This document shows, in pieces, positions 41,461-55,638 of a stretch of 64,000 nucleotides of DNA. Source of the stretch: the human T2T-CHM13v2.0 reference genome, Homo sapiens; assembly GCA_009914755.4 (NCBI GenBank), contig CP086569.2, forward strand, positions 22,272,001 to 22,336,000, in the 5' to 3' direction. Position 1 is the stretch's first letter. Each line of letters starts with the position of its first letter. Under the pieces are notes generated by a model. That model was not told the origin of the DNA and searched no databases. It worked only from the letters and a program-made list of their open reading frames with translations. The position numbers and the translations under genes are program-made.

Positions 41461-44400
41461 ATATACTTTAAGTTCAGGGGTACATGTGCAGATGTGCAGT
41501 TTTGTTACATAGGTATACACGTGCCATGGTGGTTTGCTGCGCCCATCAACCCATCATATACATTAGGTATTTCTCCTAATGCTATCCCTCCCCTAGCCCT
41601 CCAGCCCACTAAAGGCCCAGTGTGTGATGTTGCCTTTCCTGTGTCCATGTGTTCTCATTTTTCAACTCCAGCTTATAAGAGAGAACATGCAGTGTTTGGC
41701 TTTCTGTTCTTGTGTTAGTTTGCTGAGAATGATGCTTTCCAGCTTTACCCATGTCCCTGCAAAGGATATGAACTCATACTTTTTTATGGCTGCTTACTAT
41801 TCCATGGTGTATATGTGCCACATTTTCTTTATCCACGCTATCATTGATGGACATTTGGGTTGGTTCCAAGTCTTTGCTATTGTGAACAATGCCTCAGTAA
41901 ACATAAGTGTGAATGTGTCTTTATAGTAGAATGATTGACAATCCTTTGGATATACAACCCATAATGGGACTGCTGGGTCAAATGGTATTTCTAGTTTTAG
42001 ATCCTTGAGGAATAACCTGTCTGTACTCCACAATGGTCGAACTAATTTACACTCCCATCAACAGTGTAAAAGCATTTTTTTTCTCCACATCCTCTCCAGC
42101 ATGTGTTGTTTCCTGACTTTTTAATGATCACCATTCTAACTGGCCTGAGATGGTATCTCATTGTGGTTTTGATTTGCATTTCTCTAATGACCATTGATGA
42201 TGAACTTTTTTTCATATTTTTGTCAGCTGCATAAATGTCTTCTTTTGAGAAGTGTCTGTTCATACCCTTCACCCACTTTATGATGGGTTGGGTTTTTTTA
42301 TTGTAAATTTGCTTAAGTTCTTTGTAGATTGTGGATATTGGTGCTTTGTCAGATGGATAGAGTGCAAAAATTTTCTCCTATTCTGTAGGTTGCCTATTCA
42401 CTCTAATGATAATTTCCTTTGCTGTCAGAAGCTCTTTAGTTTACTTAGATTCCATTTGTCAATTTTGCTTTTGTTGCCATTGCTTTTGGTGCTTTAGACA
42501 TGAGGTGTTTTCTCATGCCTATGTCCTAAATGGTATTGCCTAGGTTTATCTTCTAGGCCTTTTTTGGTTTTAGGTCTTACATTTAAGTCTTTAATCCATC
42601 TTGAGCTTATTTTTGTATAAGGTGTAAGGAAAGGGTGTAGTTTCAGTTTTGTGTATATGGCTAGCCAGTTTTCCCAACAACATTTATTAAACAGGGAATC
42701 CTTTGCCCATTGCTTGTTTTTGTCAGGTTTGTCAAGGATCATATGGTTGTACCAGTGTGGTGTTACTTCTGAGGCTTCTGTTCTGTTTCACTGGTCTATA
42801 TCTCTGTTTTGATACCAGTACCATGCTATTTTGGTTACTGTAGCCTTGTATTATAATTTGAATTCAGGTAGCTTGATGCCTCCAGCATTGTTCTTTTTGC
42901 TCAGGATTGTCTTGGCTATGCGGGCTCTTTTTGGCTCCATATGAAGTTTAAAATAGTTTTTAACAATTCTGTGAAGAAATTCAATGGTAGTTTGATGGGA
43001 ATAGCATTGAATCTATAAATTACTTTGGGCAGTATGGCCATTTTCATGATATTGATTCTTCCTATAATGAGCATGAAATGTTTTTCCATTTATTTGTGTC
43101 CTCTCTTATTTCCTTGAGCAGTGGTTTGTAGTTCTCCTTGAAGAGGTCCTTCACATCTCTTGTAAGTTGTATCCCTAGGTATTTTATTCTCCTTGTAGCA
43201 ACTGTGTGAATTCACACATGATTTGACTCTCAGTCTGCTGTTGATGTATAGGAATGCTTGTGATTTTTGCACATTGATTTTGTATCTTGAGACTTTGCTG
43301 AAGTTGCTTATCAGCTTAAGGAAATTTTTGAGCTCAGACAGTGGGGTTTTCTAAATATACAATCTTGTAGTCTGCAAAAACAGACTACAAGACTTCCTCT
43401 TTTCCTATTTGAATACCCTTTATTTCTTTGTCTTTCCTAATTGCCCTGGTCAGAACTTCCAATACTGTGGTGAATAGGAGGGGTGAGAGAGGGGGCATTT
43501 TTGTCTTCTGCAGGTTTTCAAAGGGAAAGCTTCCAGGTTCTGCCATTCAGTATGATATTGGCTGTGGGTCTGTCATAAGTAGCTTTTATTATTTTGAAAT
43601 ATGTTCCATCAATACATAGTTTATTAAGAGTTTTTACCATGAAGGGGTGTTGAATTTTGTGGAAGGGCTTTTCTGGATATATTGAGATAATCATGTGGTT
43701 TTTTCATTGGTTCTGTTTATGTGATGGATTATGTTTATTGATTTGCTTATGTTGAATCAGCCTGCATCCCAGGTATGAACCCAACTTGATCATGGTGAAT
43801 ACACTTTTTGATGTGCTGCTGGATTCTATTAGCCTTTATTTCATTGAGGATTTTTGCATCAATATTCATCAGGGAAATTGGCCTGAAATTTTCTTTTTTT
43901 GCTGTTTCTCTGCCAGATTTGGTTATCAGAATGATGCTAGCCTCATAAAAGGAGTTACGGAGGATTTCCTCTTTTTCTATAGTTTGGCATGTTTTCAGAA
44001 TGAATGGTATCAGTTCCTCTTTGTACCTCTGGTAGAATTCATCTGTGAATCTGTCTAATCCTGGACTTTTTTTTCTTTTTCATTGGTAGGCTATTAATTA
44101 CTGCCTCAATTTCAGAACTTGTTATTGGTCTATTCAGGGATATGACTTCTTCCTGGTTTAGACTTGGGAGAGTGTGTGCATCCAGGAATTTATCCATTTC
44201 ATCTAGATTTTCTAGTTTCTTTGCATAGAGGTATTTATAGTATTCTCTGATGGTAAATTGCATTTCTGTGGAATCAGTGGTGATCTCCCCTTTATCACTT
44301 TTTATTGTGTCTTTTTGATTCTTCTGATTCTTCTCTCTTTTCTTGTTTATTAGTCTGGCTAGTGGTGTATGTATTTGTTGATCTTTTCAAAAAACCAGCT

Positions 44401-44905
44401 CCTGGATTCATTGATGTTTTGAAGGGTTTTTCATGTCTCTATCTCCTTCAGTTCTGCTCTGATCTTAGTTATTTCTTGTCTTCTGCTAGCTTTTTAATTC
44501 GTTTGCTCTTGTTTGTGTTCTCTTGTTCTTTTAATTTTGATGTTAGTGTGCTGATTTTAGTTATCTCCTACTTTCTGTTGTGGACATTAAGTGCTGTAAA
44601 TTTTCCTTGAAACACTGCTTTAAATGTTTCCCAGAGAGTCTGGTAACTTGTCTTTTTTCACATTGGTTTCAAAGAACATATTTATTTCTGCCTTCACTTC
44701 ATTATTTACCCAGTAGTCATTCAGGAGCAAGTTGTTCAGTTTCCATGTAATTGTGCAGTTTTGAGTGAGTTTTTAAATATTGAGTTCTAATTTGATTGCA
44801 CTGTGGCCTGAGAAACTGTTTTTTTTTTAATGATTTCTATTCTTTTGCATTTGCTGAGGAGTGTTTTACTTCAAATTATGCAGTCAATTTTAGAATAAGT
44901 GCTTT
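41461..44905 (-). mobile_element. L1PA/L1PB-type element, 5' truncated within ORF2, ~3.4 kb, with a short poly-A
   Basis: The reverse complement matches the L1 3' UTR and ORF2. Minus-strand ORFs 41797-42033 (AWIKKMWHIYTME) and 42042-42272 ([13 protein letters not shown]) fit. It is ~85-88 % identical to L1HS as recalled. Confidence 0.85.
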
Positions 44906-45500
44906 TCCTCTGAGGGTAATTGCGGCTATAGGGAGAACAAAATGTTAGCTACAAGTGGGCATCAGAATCAAGCAGAGAGGCCAAACAAATGATGATGGCT
45001 TCAACAAACATAATGGCAGAGGAGGTGATACAAACACTCATTTCATATGACTGTATAAATTGTGCTTTGCCTAAAATTACATGACAAAGAACGTAAGTAA
45101 TATTCAGATAATCATGTTGCGTATGTAGGTGATTTTTTATTGTTTAGAACTTTCCTCTAATTTGCTTCTGGTATTTTATTTTACTCTTTTAAACATAGTT
45201 AGAATTATTTGTGCCTAAGTGTTATGTGGAACTCTTGAAGTATGTACCATGTAATATTTAATACTGTCCATCAAGTAATATGAAATTTACATGTAATAGA
45301 AAAGTATAATTTACACTTATAATTTAATATATGTATAAACCATATAAGCTATATAACTAATTTATAAATATAAGTATCCCTAAACATATACAATATATGT
45401 GTCTGTGTATTTTATAATTAACATATATGTATTGCATATATATGTAATTTATACATTATATATTTTAATACATGTATACTATACGTCTATATGTATTTCT
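44905..45500. repeat. Right copy of the ~600 bp direct repeat flanking the L1
   Basis: See the feature at 40845-41460. Confidence 0.75.
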
Positions 45501-45519
45501 AATATATATGGTTATCTTT

Positions 45520-48500
45520 GTTTCCACCCATTCAGGTACAGCAAGATAGTCCTGTTCTTTCCCTCTTTGGCCGTCACTGGGAACGGGTAGGCCTGGTCAG
45601 TGATACCTCAGAAGCCTGTTATGACCCTGTTCTTGTCATCAGGACAGGTTATACATATCTTGGATTAGATGGCCTATCAAGACATCCCAGAAACCACTGG
45701 GTCGTATTTGTTCCCTACCCTGCAATTTTCCTCCTGGAGTAGAAAATAGTCCACAAAACACACTTAGCTGTAACATAAGCTCTGACACTTTGGTCTTCCA
45801 TGGATTCTCAGTACAAACATGGAGAAGATTAAGCACTTCCCCAGTGAACAGAAAGCACTGGCATACTTATTCAATGTTTTTGGTTCAAATAATAGAGACT
45901 TTTTTCATGCCAAAAGACTATTACACTTTCAAAGTGGTCACCTCTCCTCAGCTAGCAAATTCCCAAAGGTATGATCCTGGATTTCTCCTGTTGCCAAACC
46001 ATGGGATCATCCTGATACAGCTGAATGCTGGAGTACCCCAGAAACTGACACTTCTCAATATTTCTTTTTTTCTGGACCCCAGAACTCCCAAACAGCTATT
46101 ATACCTATACCCTGGAATCTTCCTCAGAAAAAGACAACAAATTATAAATATCAAGCTGTGACTGATTCAGCAAGATCCTGGATTAATACATTAGCTAGTA
46201 AAATTAGGCTTCATACTCTACCATTAGTTAATATTGGTGGATCCTGGTTTCTCTTTTCAAGGGGCCTAGGTGGATCTCAAGTTCCTTCTGAGATTGATAC
46301 TGGTCAGTCTCAAGTTCAATCTGTTAATGTTCTGTCTCATGGACAAATTGTAGCTAGACCTTGGCTAGAAATTACTCCTGAAGTTGAAACTTGGAAACAA
46401 TTTGTGTCTTATAAAACAGGAACAGATTCAATCCAGTGAAGAGAGTATTAGACACCAAACATATCATGTAGCTCATAGAGTTAACCCTGGTGCTAAACCA
46501 TCAACTTACAACTAGATTCCACCAGTACTTTTCATAGTTAATAAAATTGAACTATGGGCTCATTCATCCCTCAGTGAAGATGGATTTCCGTATCCTACAG
46601 TAACCCATATTTTTGAACCATGGTGTCAGCTACTCTTGAATGTATTTGGATCCCAAGAAACTATAGAAAAGACAGATGGATACTGGACTCTTGTGGAACC
46701 TAAGTCAACTTGGTTCTGGATTTCTTCTACACTGCATACTCCATATTCACGTGCTAAGTCAAAAGGTGATACTATTAGGTCTTGGATCCAAAATAAAACC
46801 AGTATGATCAGGCCCTCAAATCAAACGGATAGATTTAGTACCTTGAATAAACATTAGGCTATTATACTCAAACCCCTGATGCAGACATGCATCCTATTAT
46901 GAACATAATTGAGCCCTTACTTCACTCTAAAGTTGACATGATCAGACCCTGGAGTCAGCCTGAAACAGCCATAGTCCAAATGTGGACCTAGGCAGAAACT
47001 CAGTCAGGAAGACTCTTGACTTGCCTGAAAGCTGGTACAATTAATCCATGGTTACAAACTGAAATTGAAAGAATGAGACCCTGGATTCAGCGTAAATTTA
47101 AAATATTGAGACCCAGAACCCAGACTGAAGAATGGAAACAAGAACATTGGGCCCAACCAGAAACAGATCCAGTTAGGTACTGGGCCCAAACTGGAATGGA
47201 AACAGTGGTACCTGGGCCCCAACCTGAAGGTGATAAAAGCAGACCCTAGAATCACACTGAAGCTGATATCAAACTTTTGTTTCAGTCTCAAGCAGAGACA
47301 GTCACACAGTGGAGAGAACCAGCAACTCTGACAGATCATCATTAGATACAGTCTGAAACTGCAATAGTGAGGTTTTGGAACCGATCTGTGACTGATAAGT
47401 TAAGAGACTGGATACATCATGAGATTATGCATTTAGACTCTGGGGTGAGGTTGAAAGTGATAAAGTTAGATCCTGGACCAAAGTTGAAGATGACACTTTG
47501 AGACACTCGATTCAGAAAGACATTGGTGTAATCAATTCCTGGGTACAAAATGAAGCTACTATATTAACACCATGCATTCAGGGAAAGTCTTGAGAATTAA
47601 ATCCCTGACATAATCTGAAACTTCCACAGTGCCACTGTGGACCCAGACTGAAACTCCAACAGTAAACTCTTGGACAGATATGTTATCAGATACAGTCACA
47701 GTATGGACAAAGGCTGAATTTCAAGGATTAACATCCACCCATCTATTGAGGGAAACTGATCCAATCATACTGTGGACTATTACCAAATCTCCAGCAGTGA
47801 ATCTCTGGACACATTCTGTATGTGATGAAGCCAAATTTTGGAACCAAGAAGAATTTCCAGCCTTATTGCCTTTGACAGAGCCTATAGCTAAGACAGTCCC
47901 ACAATGGATCCAGGATAGATTTCCAGCAATGAACCCCTGGGCAAAAACTATGGCTGAAACTGTCATACCATTGACCCTTGATGAAATGACACCAGTAAGT
48001 CCTTGGACAAAATTACAGCCTGAATATCTAGAAGGAAATACTTGGCTCCCATCTGAATTTAATCCAGTCTCATGGTGGACCATGGCTTATCTGCCAGCAG
48101 TAAAAAACTGGATACGTTTTGATACTGAAACAATAATGTTGTGAAACCAGGTTGAATTTCCAGCAATACATTCCTGGAAACAGTTGGAAACTGATATAAT
48201 CACACTAGGGACCCAAGCTGAATCACTAGTGATGAATTCATGGATACACTCTCCTATATCTGATATGGTCACAATGTGTATCCAGGCTGAATCATTATTA
48301 TTACATCCTTGGACACAGTCTGAAACTGATATACTCACAACATGGATTCTGGCTGAAACTCTAGGAGTAATTCCCTGGGAACAGGATATATTCCAACCAT
48401 GGACCCACGCTGAACACCCACCAGTATCTTGGACTCAATCATTGATTCCGGGTAAAACACCAGCAATGAATCCCTGGAGAGATGTCACAGCTGATATGGT

Positions 48501-49494
48501 CCTACCATGGAATCAGGCTGAATTTATAGTAGGAAATGCCTGGACACAGTCTGAAACTTATACAGTCACACAGGGGATCCTGAATGGTCCTCCAGCACGA
48601 TATTCTTGGACACAACAAATAGCTGATGTAGACAAGCTGTGGACCAAGCCTGAATTTCCCACAATAAATCCCTGGACAAAGTCTGTAGGTGATACTACTA
48701 TACAATAGTATAGTAGTGATAGTACTATACAATAGATTCAGGATGAGTCTCCAGCAATAAAACCATAGACACAGTATGTGTCTTATACAATCAAACCATG
48801 GGCCCCAGATGAATCTTCAGCAGTAAATCTCTGTACACTCCCTGAATCTGATAGCATTATCCTGTGGACACAAGCTGAGTCTCCAATGGTAAATCTGTGC
48901 ACAGAGGCTGCAACTTCCAAAGTCACACCATGGGCCCGGGCTGTATCTCCAGCAGTAATTCCATGGACACAGCCTATACCTTCCATAATTGTACCTTGGA
49001 CCCAGGTTGAATGTCCATCAGTAAATACCTGGACAATGTCCATAGCCAATACCATCACACTATGGAACCGGGCTGAATTAATAGCGGGATATCCATGGAT
49101 ACTGCCACGGGCTGCTACTATCACACTATGCACAGTCTGAATCTGCAGTAGGAAATCTTTGGACACAGCCTGTATATGACACAGACACTCCATGGCGTAA
49201 GGCTGAATCTTCAGCAGTAGTTTACTGGACAGAATCTGTAGCTGATACACACACACCATGAACTCAGTTTGAAGTAAAGTTTACAGTTTTTAACAGTAAA
49301 GCCTTGGATCCAATCTGTATCTGATACACTCATACCCTGGACCCAGGCTGAGTCTTCAGCAGAAAAGCATTTGACACAGGCAATAGCTTATACAATCAAA
49401 CGATGGAACTAAGTCAAATCACCTGCCATAAATCTCTGGAAACAATATGAAACCAATATGTTCACGTGGTGGACTGAGGCTGAATCTCCAAAAG
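45520..49494. repeat. Satellite/minisatellite array, left part: 33-bp basic unit organised as 66-bp dimers (consensus ~tggacccaggctgaatctccagcagtaaatccc + tggacacagcctgtatctgatacagtcatactg). It is degenerate at the 45520-47600 edge and homogeneous from 47600.
   Basis: I counted the period directly in 56400-56760; the units are 33, 34, 32 and 33 bp long. The array is free of stop codons in frames on both strands (ORFs 47629-48144+, 48184-48708+, 47721-48083-, 48783-49259-). Confidence 0.8.
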
Positions 49495-50105
49495 TTTTGA
49501 GGAAACCAGCCCCACACTGCCTGGCAGGTACCCCGAATCCAGTGGAGACAAAGGAATTAGTACAACGGAGACAAAGGAATTAGAAAGAGACAGAATAAGA
49601 GTTTAAAAGGTGGGTTCAGGGGACCAGAGCATCGGACACTTGCAAATGGCGTGGAGCTCTCGGCCTCCACCTAATTTATTAGTTTACAAGCTCTTTGTTC
49701 TTAGGGCAGATGGGAGGGGGAGGAAGGGAATGAGGAAAAGGTTTAATCCGTGAAGGAGAACTTGTGAGTCATTCAATAAAATGTATAGCAGTGGCAGTTT
49801 CTGTGAATTTCCTTGAGCAAAGGCATGTGTCTAAACGACTAAAGATCTTTAACTTATTGAGACTGAAATGGGTGGGAGTGGATTTCAGGAGAAGCCAAGA
49901 TGTTTGATTATACTCCACTTCTTCAAGGGAGTGTTATTTCCCGGAGCAACCTGTGGCATTCTTCTGAGCTCTTATGCTCTTAGGGCATAAAGACATGAAG
50001 GCAATAACGAGACTTTTCTCCTTAGAGGCTGCCCACGTCTCCCCATGGGTGTCTTACACAGGAGAGACCAACTTATCTGGCATTCCAGAAACTCTCTTTC
50101 TCATG
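49495..50105 (-). mobile_element. HERV-K-type 3' LTR, with the polypurine tract immediately adjacent (reverse complement of 50108-50140)
   Basis: Plus-strand ttccttttttgtctctattttttttttatta abuts the LTR end. Confidence 0.8.
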
Positions 50106-50443
50106 GGTCTTCCTTTTTTGTCTCTATTTTTTTTTTATTAGAACTGCCATTGCTATCATTCATGCTCTCTGGCTTCTCTCCCTAGGTACCCTCTGCATCT
50201 ATAGACTAAAAACAAACAGCATAAACAGACACAAACCAAAATAAAATTTGCAATTGTTCATCTACCTATGGTGTTCATCCACTTTAAAGGATTACTCTTA
50301 GAAAGGCCATCAGTAGCTCCAGCAAGAATATCAGCTCCAGACAACAGGCTTAGGTGAGCCTGAGGTGTCTCGAAAAGTTGTTTTTTTCAGTTTAGCAATA
50401 TCTAGTGTTAAAATGTCTTCTTTTCCTGGTAGGTTATGTCTAA

Positions 50444-51112
<669 letters not shown>

Positions 51113-51349
51113 TTCAATGATACTATGTATGGAGGGAGAGGCCTCCGAAGGTCTATTGAGGGAAACAGGTATCCAAACTCCTTCTCAAGACTTAACCAGT
51201 AAAATGCTATTATCTTTATTAAAGGTAGAATTAATGCAGGTAAAAAGATGACAGTTGAGGCATGATATGGTTTGAGAGTCAGGTAGGATATTAATTTTTC
51301 CCACTGCCAACATAAAAGGAGGTTTAACACAACGCTGCAAAGGGACTGT

Positions 51350-52604
51350 CTAGTTAGAGGTCATGGCTACAACAAATCTAAGTTTTTTACTATGGTTCTC
51401 TGTTTTATATTCTCCTTTCCAAATCTGAATTGGGATTTGAGCCATCATTAATTTCCACAATTCTGGATGCTCTGGACTTATAATTGGATCAATCATTTTT
51501 GGGCTTGGAGGAGCCATACCATTCTCCTCCCACTTAATAGTGTAATTTGTTTCAATTCTTCCGTATAATTTTGGTGCATTATCTGGGTAGTCATTTGCAA
51601 AAGGAGTCTCTCTACAATCTTCATGCTGTCCAGTACAATTTACTGCAAAGTGTCCCACAGGGGCCCAATCAATGATGATTCCATAGGAATTATTTTTCAG
51701 TACAGCACTGCTATTTGCAATACAAGCTTCCCAGGTTAGAACCTCTAGTTTTCAGACTATTGAGTGGCCTGCCTACCCAGGGCAGGACTTCTTATTAGGT
51801 TTAAATTTATTAATCTGGTGATGTGTCATAACATAGCCATGCTCAAGGTATTTAATAGGGTCCAAACATTGAAATGTCCTTCCACTAAATACATGAATAG
51901 AGGCTTTTGATGAATTATGTGCAGGAACATAAACCATCCAGCTTCGTTTATCAGAATTTAAATATCCTGCTGCCAGCCCCAGACAGATGAGAGTAAAGCA
52001 ATAACCAATGGAAACATTCACTAACATTCCTTCCTCTTCTGGATGAGTAGGACCTTGGTTATCTGCTGGTCCAGGCATCCAGACAGTATCATTAACATAA
52101 ACCTCCACTGGGTCAACTAACCATGTTAACAGGCCTAATCAGTGGTGAGAGTGGAATGTAGGCCCAATAAGTGTAATTTTGATCTGCCCCTTTGTGGGGA
52201 GACTCACCACCAAGGAGATTACCACCATCATAGCTAACATTAGATTACTGGTGGTCAGCGGCTTGTTCTGAGACCTCAGGTTCTCTTCTGCAATGTGAGC
52301 TAGTCTCTTAATCTGCCCCCAGGTTGGTGGAGTTGACTTGGCTAGTTTCACTTGTTTCCATGTGCCCAACAGAGATGTTCATCTGAGCCATCTGATCAAC
52401 TGTGGGTGCAGGAACGTTCCAAGGTCTTTTTCTCTTCCTTGGACTCTGGCTCATGGCACAGCTTAAGATGTCTTGTGGGTACCCAGACAGGAAGCTGATT
52501 CTCTTCTGGTGAGATACAAGCAAATCCTCGACCCTAACAAGACCCACTGGGGCCTTTTGTTTAGGCCAGTTTTTTGGCTGTTGATAAAGGGCTATCATCG
52601 ACAC
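51350..52604 (-). pseudogene. pol: pol-region remnants (fragmented ORFs)
   Basis: ORFs 51350-51658, 51773-52108 and 52308-52604 on the minus strand, placed between gag and env. I did not confirm any motif. Confidence 0.35.
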
Positions 52605-53039
52605 ATCTGCTCCTGTGTTGACCAGTCCCTCAAATTATTTTCCTTGAATAAACCATAAAAATAACTCTATTGTCAGACACTCGATTTACCCAATAGACAG
52701 CCTTGCTTGCTGAATTTGTGCTTCCAAATCCTCCTGTTCTTTTTTCTGAGATTTCTCCTAACTTAACATATGGTAAAAGTAACAGTTGAGGTATTCTGTC
52801 ACCTGGATTAGCACTGCAGGGAACAGTGGAGGAGAAAACAATTTGAATTTCTCCCTGGCAATCAGTCTGCTACTCCAGTATGTACTTGAATTCCCTTTAT
52901 GTTTAAGGTGGATCTTCCCAGTATAAGTCCCACTGTGCCATTTGGCAATGGGCTGTAAACTCCCATTGGGACCTTCCTAGGAGGCTCCCCAGGAAGGAGG
53001 GATACAGGTTCAGTACAGAATAAAACTACTGCCCCGCTT

Positions 53040-53447
53040 CTAGCTGTGGAGGGAGATAATTGCTGTACATTTGTACAGGGATAGACTGGGCCGGGAAGAC
53101 TCCATTTGGAGTCGGGGACATCCCATCCTGAATTGGAAATGCCCCATTTTGAATCGGGGCCAGGGGCTGGCCCCTCTCTCCATTTCCCAGCAAGGGCTGT
53201 CTGCTGTTATCAAACTTTGAAAGACATTGATTAGCTCAGTGTTTACTTTTTTACATATGGGACAGATTCCTGGTACCCTGCTTTTTCCTCCTGAGTTTTG
53301 CCTTTTTTGGCTCTTTGTACATTCTCTTTTTGTATGTCCTGTCTGCCCACAATTATAGCAAGATCCAGGCAACACTCGTGTGCTTTTTGTTACCTTTAGT
53401 TCATCCACTGCCAGAGCTAGGAGGCTGGCCTTATGTAAGTGCCCCAC
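53040..53447 (-). pseudogene. gag: gag remnant with a CCHC zinc finger (CYNCGQTGHTKREC) and a degenerate second finger (CPICKK)
   Basis: ORF 53040-53447(-). Confidence 0.6.
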
Positions 53448-55006
53448 AATGCCATGGTAGGCTTTAATGTATTCGCTTAAAGATTTTTCCTCATTTAGAT
53501 CTGCCTTTCCCTTAATAGGTCTAATTGCTGCCTGACATTCTGTATTAGCATTTTCATAAGCAAGCAGCTGAATGATCCCTTTCCTGGCATGAGAATCCTA
53601 AATACCCTTTTGAGACATGTCTTGCAAATGGGCAATAAAATCTGGATAAGTCTCCCTTGGACCCTGTTAAACTGAGTTAAAAGAAGGATAAGTAGTACCA
53701 GGGTTGTGAATTTTTTCCCAGACTCAGGCACATCGTTCTGAGCTGATAAGCAGCCTCATCACCCATTACTATCTGTTGATTTAGAGTACCCCATGCCTGT
53801 CCGATTCCAAGCAATTGGTCAGATGTGATATTAACAGAGGTTGGGTTTGAGCATTTCTGCATGCCTGATTTGTTGCTTAATCTGTCCACCAGGTTTTAAA
53901 TTGGAGAAATTCAGAGGGGGACAGGGTGGATCAGGCTAATGACTCCCAATCTATAGGTATTAAACGCCAGTTATAAGCCACAGATTGTAACAAGGAATGA
54001 ATATAAGGATAATTTGGCCCATATTGTCCAATTGCTTGCTTTAAAGACTTTTAATATTTTAAAAGGAAATGGCTCCCAGCATGCTTGAGCATGTTCTCTG
54101 GGCTCCTCAGCTGGAGAAATAATTACCAGAAACTGCCAAGCACCCGAATTCCCCATTTCTTGTGCCTGGTGAATGGATGTCTGGATTGTCCCTGCGCCAT
54201 AATTTGTATTCGGACTAGCTTGCAGTATTCCTCCGCCATAATTAACAGGCAGATAAGCCTGGATCATTCCCCCCCCTTACTTGGCTGTTGGGCAAGCCTG
54301 AAGCTTCCCATTGCCACAGTTAGTGGAAGGGAGTGCAATAATGGGAGCTGCAAGCCGCGTCGCAGACTCCTGTTCCAAAAATACCTAAGACTAAAGTTGG
54401 AGTGGCCATTCCGGACCTTCCCCTAAAGGCGCAGTAGGTAGCACTGTTTCTTTCATAAGTTTTTGGAGGTTAGGATATATAACTTCCCATTTCTCCCCCT
54501 TTTTAAAACTAGACTGTGACAGTTCACTTTGCTGATTAGCAGACTCCTGATTATTAAACTTTTCTATGTCATCCTGAAACTTCTCCTCCTCCTCCTCAGT
54601 GTGGAAAGGCTGCAGTGCTGTTTAAATTGCCGACCACACAGACCAAGTGGAGAAGGGCCCTCTTGTTGTGATTGTTTTAAGTCTGATCCTACCTTGTCCC
54701 AATCTTTTAAATCCATGTTTCCATATTCCAGGAACCAAGAAGAATACTTTTCTACGAGATGGAACAAAGATGTAAGATTTTGGGTATTCACAATTACCCC
54801 TCCGTGGCACAATAACTGCTGCACCAGGCTTAATTAACAAACTTACTCTCAGCCAGTCTCATATTTTCCCTAGGTTACCCTGGAATTCTCCGAGCGCCCT
54901 ACTTACCTGTAGAGCTTGAAGTGAAAACATATTCAGGTGTCCTTTGTCAGTCGTCCTCCACTTTGCACGCTCTGGCGTTCCTTCACTGGATTATTTGTAG
55001 AGATTA

Positions 55007-55030
55007 TGGGGAGCCCCGCGTTGGCCACCA
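55007..55030 (-). promoter_or_regulatory. Primer-binding site, tRNA-Lys-like (TGGTGGCCAACGCGGGGC vs HERV-K TGGCGCCCAACGTGGGGC)
   Basis: It lies 2 nt downstream of the 5' LTR end ...TTTCCCCAACA on the minus strand and matches 15 of 18 positions. Confidence 0.6.
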
Positions 55031-55032
55031 GA

Positions 55033-55633
55033 TGTTGGGGAAACCAGCCCCACACCAGCTGGCGGTTACCTCGAATCCGGCAGGTACCCCGAGTCCGGCG
55101 GAGATAAAGAATTAGAAAGAGACAGAATAACAGTTTAAAAGGCTAGTCCAAGGGACCAGAGTGTCAGACTCTTACTCATAGCCTGGAGCTCTCAGCCCCC
55201 ACCCAATTTATTGGTTTACAAGCTCTTTGTTCTTAGGGCAGGCGGGAGGGGGAAGAAGGGATGAGGAAAAGGATTAATCAGCGAAGGAGAACTCGTGAGT
55301 CGTTCAATAAGATGTATAGCAGTGGCAGTATCTGAATTTCCCTAGCAAAAGCGTGGGTCTAAACTGCTTAAGACCTTCAATTCATCGGGACTAAAATGGG
55401 TAGGAGCAGGTTTCAGGAGAAGCCAAGATGTTTGATTTTACTCCACTGCTTCAAGGGAGTGTTATTTCCCCAAGCAAGGTGTGGCATGCCACTGAGCTCT
55501 TATGCTCTTGGGGCATAAAGACATGAAGGCAGTAAGGACACTTTTCTCCTCAGATGCCACATATGGCTCCCCATGGGTGTCTCACACAGGGGAGACCAAT
55601 TCATCTGGCATTCCTGAAACTCTCTTTCCCACA
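55033..55633 (-). mobile_element. HERV-K-type 5' LTR
   Basis: ~90 % identical to 49495-50105. Confidence 0.85.
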
Positions 55634-55638
55634 AAAAG

